From Octopus sinensis (lineage: Eukaryota): a stretch of 64,000 bases of DNA. This document shows, in pieces, positions 38,466 through 53,084 of the stretch. Position 1 is the first letter of the stretch. Each line of letters starts with the position of its first letter. The notes under the pieces were generated by a model. That model saw only the letters and a program-made list of their open reading frames with translations. It made no database searches and was not told the origin of the DNA. Made by a program: the position numbers and the translations under genes. The DNA lies in assembly GCF_006345805.1 (NCBI RefSeq), contig NC_043002.1, forward strand, positions 40,176,001 through 40,240,000, written 5' to 3'.

Positions 38466-41274
38466 TTTTTTGAAAAGAGTGAAAGAAGAAAGAAAAGGAA
38501 ATGTTCCATATCGTAAGGCAAAAATGTCATGTGTTTAGTATAAGCAGTGAAAACTAAGGCAAAATAATTGCTATTCCATCATGTATTCGTCCTCGACTCA
38601 CACTCAGTTTGATAACAACAGCCTGTGCATTGGTATCTATCTAGGGGCTTGGCCTCGAGATCTGTGAGACCCAGAAATGTCGCTGTTAGGACCAGAGTAA
38701 CACCCATAGTGACCCTAATGACTAAAAAGATTTTCCTGCCCCTATATAGGATCTTTTTCTTGTTTTCTTCCAACCACTTGAAGTCCACTCAGTTGATCAA
38801 AAGGAGTTGTAGCTGTAATTCGAAAGGCCCAGCCTTGTCATATTCTGTGTGAGAATGAATCTCTCTGAGAATTACATAAATGGTCTGCATGTCTGTGGAG
38901 TATTCAGCCACTTGCAAGTTAATTTTATCCTCGTGTGGTATGGGAAAGTGAAAGTGACATACAATATTTGCTGTGGTTGTCTTTGATTTAACAAGGTGTC
39001 TGTGTATCTATGTATGAACTTTCCTTTCTATCTATGTATCAACTATCTCTCATTTCTGTGTCCCTCTTCATTCCTGCTTTTAATTTAACAATGTGTGTGT
39101 GTATCTATGTATCAACATTTCTTTCAATCTGTGTATCAACTTTCCTTACTATGTGATAAACATTTAAAAATAAAAAACAAACACTGTTGCCTTTCACTCT
39201 CTTTCTGTCCTGCTCTCTCCTACTTTATCACTCATTTCTTCCTTAGAAGTGTGACACCTACCACAGGTACATGTGTACAAAAACAACAAGTTGGTGTATT
39301 AAATATTATTGATATTAAAATATTTTCAGTATCACAGGTGCAGGCCTCTGGATAAAGGGCTCAAAAGTGTTACCAAGTTCATGTTGATGCTATGTAAACA
39401 ATATAAGTGGATACATATAGAAGCATGGTTGTGTGAGTAAGAGGTTCACTACCACATTCACTTGTAAGGCTTTTGAGTTCAATCCCACTACATGGCCCAG
39501 CAGAAGTCTTCTAGCATAGCTCTGAGTGGACCAAAGCCTTGCAAATGAATGTGATAGATTGAAACTGAAAAAGAAACCTGTTGCATGTCTATACAAGTAT
39601 GTGTGTGTACATGCTCATGAGTGTGTCAGCATTTGTTTATATCTGCTGCATGCATTTTTCGAAAATAGGTAAGAGTTAGAATCAAGAAGATTATACAGCT
39701 GTAAAACAAATATTTCAATAAAATATTTATAAAATTTGGAAACCAACTATAAGCTACCAAAAGACAAATATTTAAATATTATCTGAGTAACCCATCACTG
39801 CCAGACTTTTGTAATAACACATCCACATAAGTTGGATTTTCTGTCTTGATGGGGATTTTTCAAAAAATTTTTCTTTTGCACACCCTTGCAAATGATTGTG
39901 GGGAGACCTTTTTATGAAAAAACAGTTGAAATTTTTTTATTTTTCAACCGCCCTCCCACCTCCCCCACTCAATACTGATTTTGGCCAATGTTTTTTTGCA
40001 CTACACACTTAAAACAATGGGAGAAGCCATGAAGGTTAAAAATAGAAAATAAAATTGTGAAATTACAATCTCCATTTCCTTTGTTTTCAAACAGAAAATG
40101 AAACATAATTTACAAACAATAGTGGTATTTTTAAAAAAGATTTTCATTAACTCCATCCCCACCCTCATAAATCCTAAAATTTTGGCTTTTATTTTTCCAA
40201 AAATATTTTTTAATCATAATTTTAAAATACAGAGTCCAAATCTGCAATTTGTTTCTGCTTATAATTTCAAAATAATTTTCAGATGAAAAGGTAATTTAAG
40301 GGAGATTTAGCTGTTGTTTCTAGCATATCCCACAACCACCTGGTACCTTCCTCATTTCTTTGACATTCTGACTTGTATTAAATGTTCTTCAATATTTTTC
40401 TCCCAATTTTACGAAATGATGATGCAGTAGTCCATTGTTGGGATTTAAGCAACAACAAAAAATTTTATTTATATTTTTAACCCCACCCCACATCAAGCAA
40501 GCCTATGCGCATGCATGTGTGTGCGTGTGTGTAAGAAAAAACATATTTACTAGCAGAAAAGTAGGCTATTAAAATAAATTATCTTTTACATGCCTTTTTT
40601 AAAATCAAATGCAGATACACACACACACACCCCCAGCATGCTCAACATACTTTTATAAGGAATGAAAAAGTCTACCATGAGAAAAAAGTGATAGAAACAG
40701 ATTTTGAAATTTTAAAATGAAGTGAAAATGTTCAAATTTGGTATACTGATGTACTTTTTCATGATAAATCTGAGTTTGTGATTCATTTATTCAAGGAAAA
40801 TGTCAGAGATTTAAAGTTTGATCATTTTTATCCAATCAGAAAACAGGATGTGGAAGCTAAGCATTTTGTGCATGATAAGCTATGTACCATAAAATGAAAG
40901 TAAACATTAGAAGAAGAAGAATGTGGTTTTAAACAAAATGAAAGCTATGTGTGAGAGTTGATACATATACACAAAGAGAGTGTCAAAGAGTATGATAAAT
41001 ACATAGAGAGATAGATTGATGGAGATAGAGAGTGGGAGATTTGTCAATCTAAAAGCTGAGTTATTTCTCGTAGCAAATTATATTTTATTATTATTTACAA
41101 ACGATATTGTCTTTGGGATGTAGATTTCAAAAATCAAGTTTGTTTTTGTCTAAGATGCACCGTTGCAGAGCCATTTTGTGCTAAGCACACACAACTACAT
41201 ACATTCACATTTATATATTATGTGTGTGTGTATATGTATATATATACACACATATACATTCATATATATATATC

Positions 41275-42125
41275 ACCATCATCTTTGTTTAATGTCTGCT
41301 TTCCATGCTGGCATGGGTTGGATGGTTTGACAGAGGACTGGTGAGCCAGAGGCTGCACCAGGCTCCAATCTGATCAGGCAAAGTTTGTACAGCTGGATGC
41401 CCTTCCTAATGCCAACCACTCTGAGAGTGTAGTGGGTGCTTTTATGTGCGACTGGTACGAGGGCCAATCAGGCAGTTCTGGCAACAACCATGCTCAAAGG
41501 GTGTTTTTTACGTGCTACCTGCACAGGAGCCAGTCCAGCTGCATTGGCAGCGACCATACTCGAATGTTTTTCATGTGCCAGTAAGGCAACAATCACTCGA
41601 ATGGTGCTTTTTACATGTCACATGCACGGGAGTCAATCCGTGACCCTGGCAACAATCACGCTCGGTTTGTCAGGTCTTCTGAAGCACAGCATACATCCAA
41701 AGGTCTCGGTTACTAGTCATTGCCTCAGTAAGGCCCAATGTTTGAATGTCGTGCTTCACCACCTCATCCCAGGTTTTCCTGGGTCTACCTCTTCCACAGG
41801 TTCCCCCAACTGCTAGGGTGTGACACTTTTTCACACAGCTATCCTCATTCATTCGCAACACATGACCATACCAGCACAGTTGTCTCTTGCACACCACATC
41901 TGATGCTTCTTAAATCCAACTTTTCTCTCAGGGCACTTACACTCTGTCGTGTATGCACACTGACATTACACATCCAGCAGAGCATACTGGCTTCATTCTT
42001 TGCAAGCTTACGCATGTCCTCAGCAGTCACTGCCCATGTTTCACTGTCATGTAGCATGGCTGTTTGGACACATGCGTCATACAGTCTACCTTTTACTTTG
42101 AGAATGAGGCCCTTTGTCACCAGCA
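41275..42125 (-). mobile_element. 5'-truncated RTE LINE with tail
   Basis: ORFs 41670-41897 and 41845-42228 (LKVKGRLYDACVQTAMLH...WYGHV...GRGRPRKTWDEVVK) contiguous with tail and tandem units 41275-41670. Confidence 0.88.
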
Positions 42126-42126
42126 G

Positions 42127-42173
<47 letters not shown>

Positions 42174-42739
42174 ATACACACACATGCACCATCACTATAA
42201 ATACATAAATATATAAATATAGATACACACAATATTACTATAAATGCATACATATATGCATATATATGTAAATAAATATATGTACACATAAATAAATACC
42301 TTTATATACATAAGCACATTTGCATATCTATAAACATATACAGACACACATAAATATGCCCAAATACATACGTATAATATACACTCACATTGTTTTAAGA
42401 TCCACTTTTCCATACTTGCATGAGTCAGACTGAATTTGTTGAGGTGAATTTTCTACAGCCAAAAGCCCTCCCTGTCACCAACGCTCATCTGTTGCCAAGC
42501 AAGGTAATATTTTCTCATGGAAAGACATTTTTTCACACAAGATTGGAAACAAAGAACATCACCTGCATGAAGGTAACACACATACATATCTGACAGGCTT
42601 CTTTTAGGCATTGGTCAGCCTGGGAAAGTCAGTCCAAGGTGCAATGCATTAAGACTGAAATCAAAACCATGTAATAGCACAATGCAAGCTTCTTAAGCAC
42701 ACAACATATATACATATACACACACATAGACATATATAT

Positions 42740-43030
42740 AATCATCATTTAATGTCTGCCTTTCATGCTGGCATGGGTTGCACAATCTGACAGGAGTTGG
42801 CCAGGTAGGAGACTACCCCAGGCTACTGTGTCTGTTTTAGCATGCCTTTTATGGCTAGATGCCCTTTCGAACACCAACCACCCCTCAGAGTGGACTAAGT
42901 GCTTGTTACATGGCACCAACACAAGTGATCAGTTTTGGCCTGGTCTTTACAGCCAGATGCTCTTCCAAATGCCAACCACTGCACAGTGTGGACTGGATGC
43001 TTTTCATGTGGCACCAGCAGGGTCAGCAAG
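42740..43030 (-). mobile_element. RTE-tail/SINE copy
   Basis: catcatttaatgtctgcctttcatgctggcatgggttg...gatgccctttcgaacaccaacc. Confidence 0.7.
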
Positions 43031-43639
43031 TAACTGGCAAAACAAGGAGTTCTGAGAGGGAAGGGGGCACTGGAGGAGGTGATCTTGTGTCAGAGAGACA
43101 GAAACAGGTGTCTTGCTATAGAGAAGGTACATAGTTACTCGGCTAGGGTGAGAGAGCGAGAGAGAGCAAGACAGAAAGAGAACAGAAACATTTGCCAAAG
43201 AGGACTGAATCCAAAACCACATGGTTCAGAAGCAAACTTCTCGATCACACATTCTGCACCCACAGACATCTACACACACACACACACACACTTTGCCCAA
43301 AATGCCACTACATGTCAGCTTTAGCAAATGACTGTCTTCTATAGCTCTGAGCTATCAAAAGTATTGGGAGTGGATTTGGTATGTGGAAACTGAAAGAAGC
43401 CTGTTGTATGCATTTGTGTATGGAGATGAGTGTATATGACATATGTATATATGCATGCATGTGTGGGTATATGAGTGTGTGCATGTATGTGTGTGGGTGT
43501 GAGTATGTCTGTCTCCTTGTCTTGAAATTGCAAATGTAAATGCTATTCATTTCTAATAGCCTGCAACATGTCTGGCCACAGAAAAATATAAAAACATATA
43601 TGTGTATACACAACAGGCTTCCTTCAATTTCCATTAACC

Positions 43640-43820
43640 AAATGCCAGTATCACTGGCACATAAAAAGCACCCATTACATTCTTGGAGTGAGAAGGGCAT
43701 CCAGCCGTTGAAACCATACCAAATCAGACTAGAAGCTGGTGCAGCTCTCCAGCTTACCAATTTCAGTCAAACCATTTAACCCATGCCAGCATGAAAAACA
43801 GATGCTAAATAATGATGATG
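43640..43820 (+). mobile_element. RTE-tail copy
   Basis: ggcacataaaaagcaccc...gaagggcatccagcc...aacccatgccagcatgaaaa...gatgatg. Confidence 0.75.
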
Positions 43821-43834
43821 ATATACATATATAT

Positions 43835-43848
43835 GTGTGTGTGTGTGT

Positions 43849-43884
<36 letters not shown>

Positions 43885-43885
43885 T
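43835..43885. repeat. (GT)n microsatellite
   Basis: Directly visible dinucleotide run. Confidence 0.95.
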
Positions 43886-44469
43886 GTACATATACGTATC
43901 TCTACATTCATACGTAAATGATCATGGATGTTCACCCATGACTAAGAAAGACCATCACTGACCAATTGCCCTTGCAAAATAACAGCAATGTCTGAGCATA
44001 AGGTTATTTCACCTTCAGGTGGCTTCACCTGGGCTTGCACCCATAGCTTCCGTGTTCATCATGGCACCCTCCTACTCAACCAGACATCACAGGAGTCACC
44101 TTGACAGTGAGGCAGCATATGTGCACACACTCTCTTGCTATTTCTGCTTCACAGGCCACATAACAGTGTTTTGCCTGGCCTTAGATTCTGGAACCCTAAT
44201 CTCAAGGCATTTTCCTCTCAAAACCCATGCTCCTTTCAGCCTCAATTTACAACCCTAACATACACTTATCTTAACACCTCCTACAACACCCTAGACTGAA
44301 TAGTAGGCATGGCTATGTGGTTATGTAATTTTCACATCCCTCTTTCAGACACACACAGTCACACTTACACATATAAACACATACATACACTTTACCTTGA
44401 ATTCACTGTCTTCAAACACTTCACTTAGCCCACCATCCTACATCCAACTCTATATGTATTTTTCACTGA

Positions 44470-44655
44470 GATTGCTGGTGCCATGTAAAAAGCACTCAGT
44501 CCACTCTGTAAGGTGGTTGGTATTAGGAAGGACATCCAGCCATAAAAACAGTGAAGCCTGGTGCAGTCTTCTGCCTAGCTTCTGTCAAACTGCCAACCCA
44601 TGCCAGCATGCAAAACGGATGTTAAATGATAATGATGATGATGATGATGATGATG
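44470..44655 (+). mobile_element. RTE-tail copy with long (GAT)n tail
   Basis: gtgccatgtaaaaagcac...ccaacccatgccagcatg...gatgatgatgatgatgatg. Confidence 0.75.
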
Positions 44656-45475
44656 GCACTTCTTTTTTCAATTTTTCTTCATTGCCTTTTTTCCTCTCTT
44701 CCCATTCTACCTCAACTCCTCCCTCCCAATAAAAACAATATCTGAAATGTCCTGTAACAACTTATTCCATTTCCAGTATCAAGCCAATAATTTTGATCAT
44801 GAAACTTCTTTTTTAGGGTTCCACCTGCAATATGTCCGTGTAAATATATATACATATATATTAATATACACACACAACACATGCATACCCACTAACTTCC
44901 ATACAAATACAGTGTGCGTGTGCAATCATCATTTAATGTTCATTTTCTATGCTGGTATGAGTTAGACAGTTTGACAGGAGCTAGTAAGGTAAGTAGCCAC
45001 TCCAGGTTCCACTGTTTGTTTTGGCATCGTTTCTGCAGCTGGCTGCTCTTAATGCCAACCACATTACAGAATGTACTGAGTGCTTTTTATGTGGCACCAG
45101 CACTAACAGGTTGACCAAGTACCTTGCAAAATATAAAAAAAACCTTCAACTGGGAAAAGAGGAGTAGTATTAAAGGGTTGTGGTTTTGTGCCAGTTGAGA
45201 GATCTAAGGAATAGAAAGGGCAGATAAGGTGTCTCACAGTAGAGTAGATACACAGATACCCCAGTTGGAAAACCTAAGAGAGTGAGACAAAAAGAGAGAG
45301 TGTGTGTGTATTATCATCATCATTTCATATTCGTTGGCCATGCTGGCATGGGCTGGACGGTGTGACCAGAGCTAGCAAGCTGAGGAGCTGCACCAGACTC
45401 CTTTCTGATTCGGCATGCCCTTCCAAACATCAAATATTTATTACTAATATTATTATACATATTATTTATGCACAA

Positions 45476-45990
45476 CGACCTGCTGTGCTTACCTTGGATC
45501 GTAGGGTGACCTGCTGTGCTTGAGGAGACCTATTGAGTCAAGTACATCAATATCAATATCAAAATAAATATCAAATGGAAATTGTAGTTACGATACCTGC
45601 GCCGGCAGCACGTAAAAAGCACCATCCGAACATGGCCAATGCCAGCACCGCCTTGACTGGCTTGTGCCGTTGGCACATGACCTGCTGTGCCTGAGGAGAC
45701 CTATTGAGTCAAGTACATCAACATCAAAATAAATATCAAATGGAAATTGTAGTTGTGATACCTGTGCCGGTAGACGTAAAAAGCACCATTCAAACGTGGC
45801 CGGTGCCAGCGCCGCCATGACTGGCTTCTGTGCCAGCGGCAGTGTAAAAAGCACCAACCGATCGTGGCAGCTGTAGAAACACTGCCAGATCAGACTGGAG
45901 CCTGGTGCAGCCCTCCTGGCTTTCCAGACCTCGGTCGAATCGTCCAACCCGTGCTAGCACAGAAAACGGACATTACACGATGATGATGAT
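45476..45990 (+). mobile_element. RTE LINE 3'UTR/tail with internal ~170-bp tandem duplication
   Basis: gacctgctgtgc(t/c)tgaggagacctattgagtcaagtacatcaa at ~45508 and ~45679; ends gatgatgatgat. Confidence 0.85.
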
Positions 45991-48589
45991 ATAACATAGG
46001 AGCAAACATAGCTGTGTTAAGTTTCCTTCACAACTACATCGTTTTGGGCTCAATTACACATAGCAGAATCAGGAGTAGAATCTGGTAGACAGAAACTTTA
46101 CAGACCCCAATCAAACACACACATTTTTTATACACACACACATACTTATGTTCGCTTTTACAGCCATTTTTACACCCATGAATTAGATGAAAATATTATT
46201 GAAACTGTTTCATGATAAATGTGTGGCCCTTACTGTAGCTAACCCTTACCTGCTTTTCTAGTAAACAATCTCATATTCTATACAAACATCAAAGGTGCAA
46301 AGCAATCAGATGATTTGTTGTTGAGAACTGAAAACAGTGACAGTGTTTCACAACTTTCATAAATGAAAACAGGATGTAAACGAACATAAAGACATACACA
46401 GGCATAAACACACACACATACTCACAAGTATTTTTTCAGTTTCCATTTACCAAGTCCACTCAAAAGTCTTTAGTCAGCCTGAGACTATAGTAGAAGAAAC
46501 TTGCCCAAAGTATCATACAACAGAGAAATATTGCCAGACATATTTTTCATGGAAGGCCAGAAACAAACAACAATGCTTATATGACAGGATGTTCATTTAC
46601 TATCATCATATAATGTCAAGAAAAGAGTGCACACAAACACATCTGTTTGATTCTTTGTGTATGTTGGTATCTCCTTGTCTTGACACTGTGTGATTGTTGT
46701 AAATGAATTTCATTCATTTCCAATATTCTGTGAAAACATGTCTGGTTGTGGGGAAATATTACCATGTTTGGAAAAAGTAAAGGCTGCAAACAGGACGGCA
46801 TCCAGCTGTAGCAAATTTGCCTCAATAAATTTCATATGACCCATGCAAGCATGCCAAAGTGGATGTTGAAGTGATGAGAGTATGTGTGTGTTGTGTGCAT
46901 TTAGAGAGAGAGAGAAACAAAGAAAGAGCTAATTTTGAAAAGTTTCTATAACCATAGACAAAATGATTCTGTCAAAAGATCTTTCTAAAACAATTCCATG
47001 TTTTGCTCCTTTTACAAATAATATAGAAAATAAGCAATGAAAGAACAAATCTCTGCTCAAGAATGTGGAAAAATCAATTTGTAACAAAGAAAACACCTGT
47101 AATATTTTACTCTAATTCAGAAGCTTATTTTTACAAAAAACTCTTAAATCCAGCACTCAAAAGAAAGGTAATTTTATATTTACAATACTTTATAAAATGC
47201 ATTTTAAGAAAGATTGCTTCATTAAAAATTCATTCATCACCAATTCTACTTAACAAGAAAAAAAATTAAAGCTACATTTTGAAGAAGGAATATTTTTGTT
47301 TACTAAGCGTTACTTAGAAACTTAGTTGCCATAAATGTCACTAAGCAGATTAATATAATGCTTTTTTAATTATAACTTAATACTAGTTAGGATCATTGAG
47401 TAATCTGAGTTGGGCTAATTATTAAGGGTTTATTATTAATTATATATGCAATGCGAATAACAAGTTGTCCATTTTCATTCAACATTAAAAAATATATTTT
47501 TTATTGAAAAAAACATGAACAAATAGTGAAATATGATACGATGCCATTCGGGGAAAGAAAGATTCTCTATTTGAATGCACAGTGCACAAATAGATAAATT
47601 CTAAAGAAAAACCTTGAAATGAATATATGTTTCCTGTATAATTTTAGCATAAAACTAGGATAGTTGGGGGTTCACATATCTTCTCAACAAGTCAAAGAAA
47701 ATACACCAACACCTAAAGGTATTAAAGTGGATGTTAATGATAGAGTAAAGCACTTGAGGTCTGAAGCAGTCAGTTTTCAAAACATTTAAGTTCAGCAACA
47801 CTAAAGTAAAATATCAATGTCTCACTGGTTGTGACAGATTAATGGTAGCCATTAAAAATTATATACTATATGCAGTAAATGACAAAGCAGTTTTTAATAA
47901 CCTGATTATTAGTCAATTGATAAGCAACAGAATATGTAGACATAAAATCAGCCAAATGAAAGGGAATAATACATGGCATCAGCTGGGGATTTTTTTTGGG
48001 GGGGGGGTCTTTTTTTGGTGTTTTTTTTTAGATAAGAATTCAAAAGGAGACACAAAAAAACTGTTGAGAAGGTACATACATAGAAATACACACAAACTCT
48101 TGAACTTGCAGAATAAAACTATAAAAACTGGAAAGGAACTTCTCAAAATGATACTATCAAGTTGAATATATCTATTTAGACATTTTTAATAAGTTGCTGT
48201 GGGCTCAAATTTTATACTCAATGCATAAACAAAGCAGTATTTTTTTGCCACTCCAGAACTTAATGTGCTTACATGCACACAGCTTCACTAAGTAAAGTCA
48301 ATTTAGGATATAGGTTTGTGGGACTAGATTCAGAATGACAATTTCCTTATAAAATTTGCCACTGAAGCTGGAACTGCTTTGTGAAGGAGTTCACCTCAGT
48401 TACAAATTATCCTGAATTAGCCATGACTATTTGTTCAACTCATACATACAGATATATGAAAACAGCCAACTCATTAAAAGCATCATCACTAAGAATATTA
48501 AACATGAAGCTGTTTATGTTTTATTAATAATTTTCCTACTGAACTTTGAGTAATTAAAATGACTTTGTTAAAAATAATTCACTACACAC

Positions 48590-48683
48590 CAACTGCTCGA
48601 AATAGGCAAGCACCATCCTCTCCCATTTTTTTCACTGTAAATCCTTTTTTTTCTTTCAGTGTTGCTTCAAACCAATGCTCCAA
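48590..48683 (-). CDS. OTUD5: OTUD5 exon 2 (catalytic Asp/Cys)
   Basis: ttag acceptor; [31 protein letters not shown]; G|GTGTGT donor; 94 nt. Confidence 0.96.
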
Positions 48684-49331
48684 CTAAAATGATAAAAGAG
48701 AGAGACACACAATTTATTTTTAGAAATGTAAAATCATTGTTCTTTAATCGATTTACATGAAGTTTTAAAACAATAAAACATTTCACTATTTCAAAAGAAA
48801 AGAAAATTGCTTTAAATTGAAACAATGCCTAACAAAATAGGCAAAAACATTTTTCTTTAGAAAAGACAAAAAACTTGACAAAGGACACTGACTATATCAG
48901 CTAAAAAAAATATTACCCATAAAAGTACCAGTGACCTTATAGCTTAACAAAAGTGTTTCTCTTTCTACATGTAGAAAAACTTATAAACTCACTCAGCCTT
49001 GATCATCATTCCATGCCTTAGTACCCTTCCTAATGCAAAACTATTTCGTTAGTGAAATGCCTACAAGACAAAATATTATTATTATTATTATACAGTTTTA
49101 CCCCTGCAGTTCATATATATTCTTTTGCTTGTTTCTGTCATTTGACTGCTGCCATGCTGGAGCCACTACCTTTAAAGGTTTTGGTCGAAGAACTCAACCC
49201 CAGGACTTATTCTTTGTAAGCCTAATACTTATTCTATCGGTCTCTTTTGCCGAATCGCTAAGTTACGGTGAGATAAACACACCAACATCGGTTGTCAGCG
49301 ATAGCAGGGGGACAAACACACACACATATAA

Positions 49332-49736
49332 ATGGTAATTGTTCAGTTTACGTTCGTAAAATCAAAACATATTGTTGACAATATTAATGGCTTTGATTTT
49401 AGTTTCAGTTGCTTTTGTTTTTTCTCAGTTCTTGTTTATTTTATATCTTTTTTGAAGCATACTTTTAGCTGCAAGTCTGTTTTGTGAAAGGAAAGAAGAA
49501 GGCAGTAAGAAATGATAGCTAGATAACTAGTCAGAAATACAGATTTACGTGTGAAAGATACAAATAGATAGTTTTATAAGTCAAGTAAATAATTATTTTC
49601 TCCAGAGCTGAAGCTAGAAATCAGTTGTAAATAACACATAAAGATGACGAGGGGTAACAGGAGTGAGTAAAGAATCAAATTTGGTGTATTTGGTTATGTC
49701 CCTTTACTTTTTTTACGAACGTAAACTGAACAATTA

Positions 49737-49740
<4 letters not shown>
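49332..49740. mobile_element. 409-bp insert with perfect 30-bp terminal inverted repeats, in the SINE's TA microsatellite
   Basis: ATGGTAATTGTTCAGTTTACGTTCGTAAAA (49332-49361) / TTTTACGAACGTAAACTGAACAATTACCAT (49711-49740). Confidence 0.85.
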
Positions 49741-49814
<74 letters not shown>

Positions 49815-49815
49815 T
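49741..49815. repeat. (TA)n microsatellite (others at ~11655, 34325, 35630, 42130, 50760, 51630, 62280, 62430)
   Basis: Directly visible dinucleotide run. Confidence 0.95.
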
Positions 49816-50744
49816 GCACACGAGCTTCTTTCAGTTTCCGTCTACCAAAATCCACTCACAAAAGATTGGTCGGCCCGATGCTTTAGTAGAAGGCATTTGC
49901 CCAAGGTGTCACGCAATGGGACTGAATCCGTAACCATAATGTTGGGAAGCAAGCTTCTTACCACACAGCCACGCTTATATACATGTGAAACAAAACAGAT
50001 TTTTCTGATCCCATTGACATCCATAAACTTACCATCATCAAGACCAACATCAAATTTACTGAGAAAACAATTATCCATGCGTAGGGAAGATCTGTTGTTG
50101 AAAACAGAAAATCAATCAGAAAAATAACTTCGGTAAACTAAAATTTTATTACGAAAGACTTTAGATCATGTTCAAAAAACTTCCTGGTGTGTAAACTATA
50201 CTTGCAAGAACGCGTTTCCCTTTCCATTCCTCGATATTTTTGTATGCAATAGAATAATTAAAAAAATATCTGAGGACAGACAACCTCTAAAATCGCTTCC
50301 CGTCTCAGATTTTTTTCTGAAATTTCTTTCATAATTATTGGTAGAAAAGGCTTCGTTTAAGGAAGACATTTCATCTACAAGAGAAAGGTTCAGAATGATA
50401 TGTTTATACACATATACAATATGGGAGTTGCAGTTAAAATACATTAAATCTTTCCTAGAGGAAGACCACAAATACATGCACACACAACATATACAGTTTC
50501 TCCAATTCGCATGACAAATAACAGGCATACAGAATTGAAATACAGAATCGTTCAATTTTTTACTCCTCGTTTAATATTTGAAAAATAGAATGGCTACAAT
50601 AAAATATATATAAATTCCGAGAACTACAACATCAGATCAGTGGCGTGTCACTGCTGTAATACATGTCATGTGTGTGTGTATACACACATATATTCGTGTG
50701 TATATATAGATATATATGCGTACGTGTGTATATATATATACATA

Positions 50745-50810
<66 letters not shown>

Positions 50811-53084
50811 GCATCATGCAAATAATAAACATGATTAAAAAAGCATGTGCATTAATTGAAATACCAAATAAATGAGATTTACAAATTAGAATCCAAAATG
50901 TATCTGATTTCATTTTCAAATAATTACTGAGAGGAATGTTAAACTCTTTGCACTATTACGAAGAGGAATTATAAATGTTTGCAGTGGAAAAGAAATGTGG
51001 GAGGGGGGAAGACGGACAAAAAGAAGAAGAAATTATCAAGCAACGATTATGGAACAAATAAATTTAGGCCAGCCAGCTATAGCAACAATTATAATGAAAA
51101 CATCACGAGATACATTCAACGTAAAAATATACAAAGAAAGCAGAAAGAACTATCTTGATTCCGAAGGAAAATTGACAAGAATGAAAATTAATAAGGTGGA
51201 AGGTATTCAGATGATTTGATTACTAAAGTATTTGAGTAAATATTTTTCATAGCGTCTGTTGATTTTTGGCACACACGCGCATATATATATATATATATAT
51301 GTACATATATATATATACTCACAAACACACACGCATATATGTATGTAATAACACCAACAAAATATAGTGATGATGCAGTAGGGGAAATCGAAGAGATATT
51401 ATGTAACAACAGAAGCAAGCACGGTGATGGAGTACTTTGACATAGGGGGGGAAAAAATGAATAGCCAGATTTAGTGCGCATACAAAAATATAAATCTACA
51501 CCGATTTTGTATACAGATTGAATCACGACAAAAAAAAATACAAAAGAATCTTGTAATATACTACAAAAAAAAAAATAGCCAAACAGGATTTCAACTAAAT
51601 GTACCCTTTACACAAAAACAAAACAAAAGCTATATATATATATATATATACATATATATATAAGAAAGGTTGTTCTGGGTGATAATTAAAAATGAACGAT
51701 GTGACGAGGGTGAAACGGATAGCAGAACCATCATGAGGCGAGAGAATTTACAGGAAAAGACTGAGTCGTTATTTTTTTTTTAGAAGCAAATGACATGGTA
51801 TTCAGGAATCCATTTTTATTCTAACTTATGTATGTGTTTAGAAGATCAAAGTATATATTTAAGGCATTACACACACACACATACACACAGCTATGCCTTG
51901 TCCCTCTTACTATGTCGAAGTATGAACCATTTATCTTTATTAAAAAGCATTATTCGAATAAATTTTCTTCCCTTTATTGTTTGAAATATTTACCATTCAA
52001 ATAATAAAACTGGTCATTAAGTAGAAATCAGTCATACGTTCGAGAAATATGAGAAAAGAAACTAAATTTAATTTGAGCCAATAATGTTCGCATATTTCTT
52101 GATCCTCATAGAATGTTCTAGAAAAAAGAAAAAAAACTACGTCTGCATATATTGCTAATGTTTGCATATATATACGGTTAAGATACCTGACATTAATAAT
52201 AAAATAAACTAATATAGATTAATCTGTAATACATAAAGCTATATTTGTTATTATTTCGAATTTCCTACATGACAAAACAAAAACATTACAATGGGAAAGA
52301 CAAGCAAGGATGAACCGAAACCCTAAACTGTCCAAGAGACTTTTCTTCATCCTCCTTTCTTCATGTGTTCAGAAGTTGACTATTTTTCACAGCACATAAG
52401 AAACCAGTAGATTCTGTTAAAGTGTATAATGACAATTTATAATGTATAATATACATTAAATATGTTGAAAATTAAGCTATTTATATACCCAAAGCCCAAT
52501 TTCAAAATGTCTGTGTATGATGGATGTTGTTGTAGAAGATATTATTATTATTATTTATTTCATTGTCACAAAGATGATGGAATAAAAATAATAATAATAA
52601 TAATAATAATGTGCTCTGGCAATATAATAACAAAGTGTAGTAGGTCTGAAATAGAGGTATATTATTACTATGGAAGTCAACTAAGCCATTGGGACAGGTC
52701 AAATGTCCTAGTCCTCGATCCCTAGAGGCTTAATGTCTCCCACTAACTGGTTATTAATGAGTGATGTCATTAAGTGGAGAAAGGCCAAAGACAGCGAACT
52801 GCTAATGCAATAATAGTTTTCTCTTACTGGCTGCCCACTCTCCTACTAAGCCACCATACAAAGGCCTAATGGACATTTTAAGCTCAAGGAAAAAAGACAA
52901 AATAAATACATAGGTCTTATTATTACTATCAATCCAACTGATTTCTATTATTAAATATAAGAGCATTATTATGATTATTATTACTATCGTCATTTATATC
53001 ACTATTATTATTAATATTATAGCATAGATATTGCTTAAGGGTGTAACGGTTTTGTCTAGTTGGTCGCTAATCACTGAGTCTTAC

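Larger units (their letters stand above)
49113..49974 (-). mobile_element. tRNA-derived SINE with central (TA)n, interrupted by a TIR-bounded insert
   Basis: Head gcgtggctgtgtggtaagaagcttgcttcccaac...ggattcagtccc on the reverse strand; tail 49113-49325. Confidence 0.85.

Noticed and set aside
38579-38788. 69-aa minus ORF in a GC-richer island between two SINE pieces
   Set aside because: No start or splice context; probably a retroelement fragment, and I cannot assign a family.
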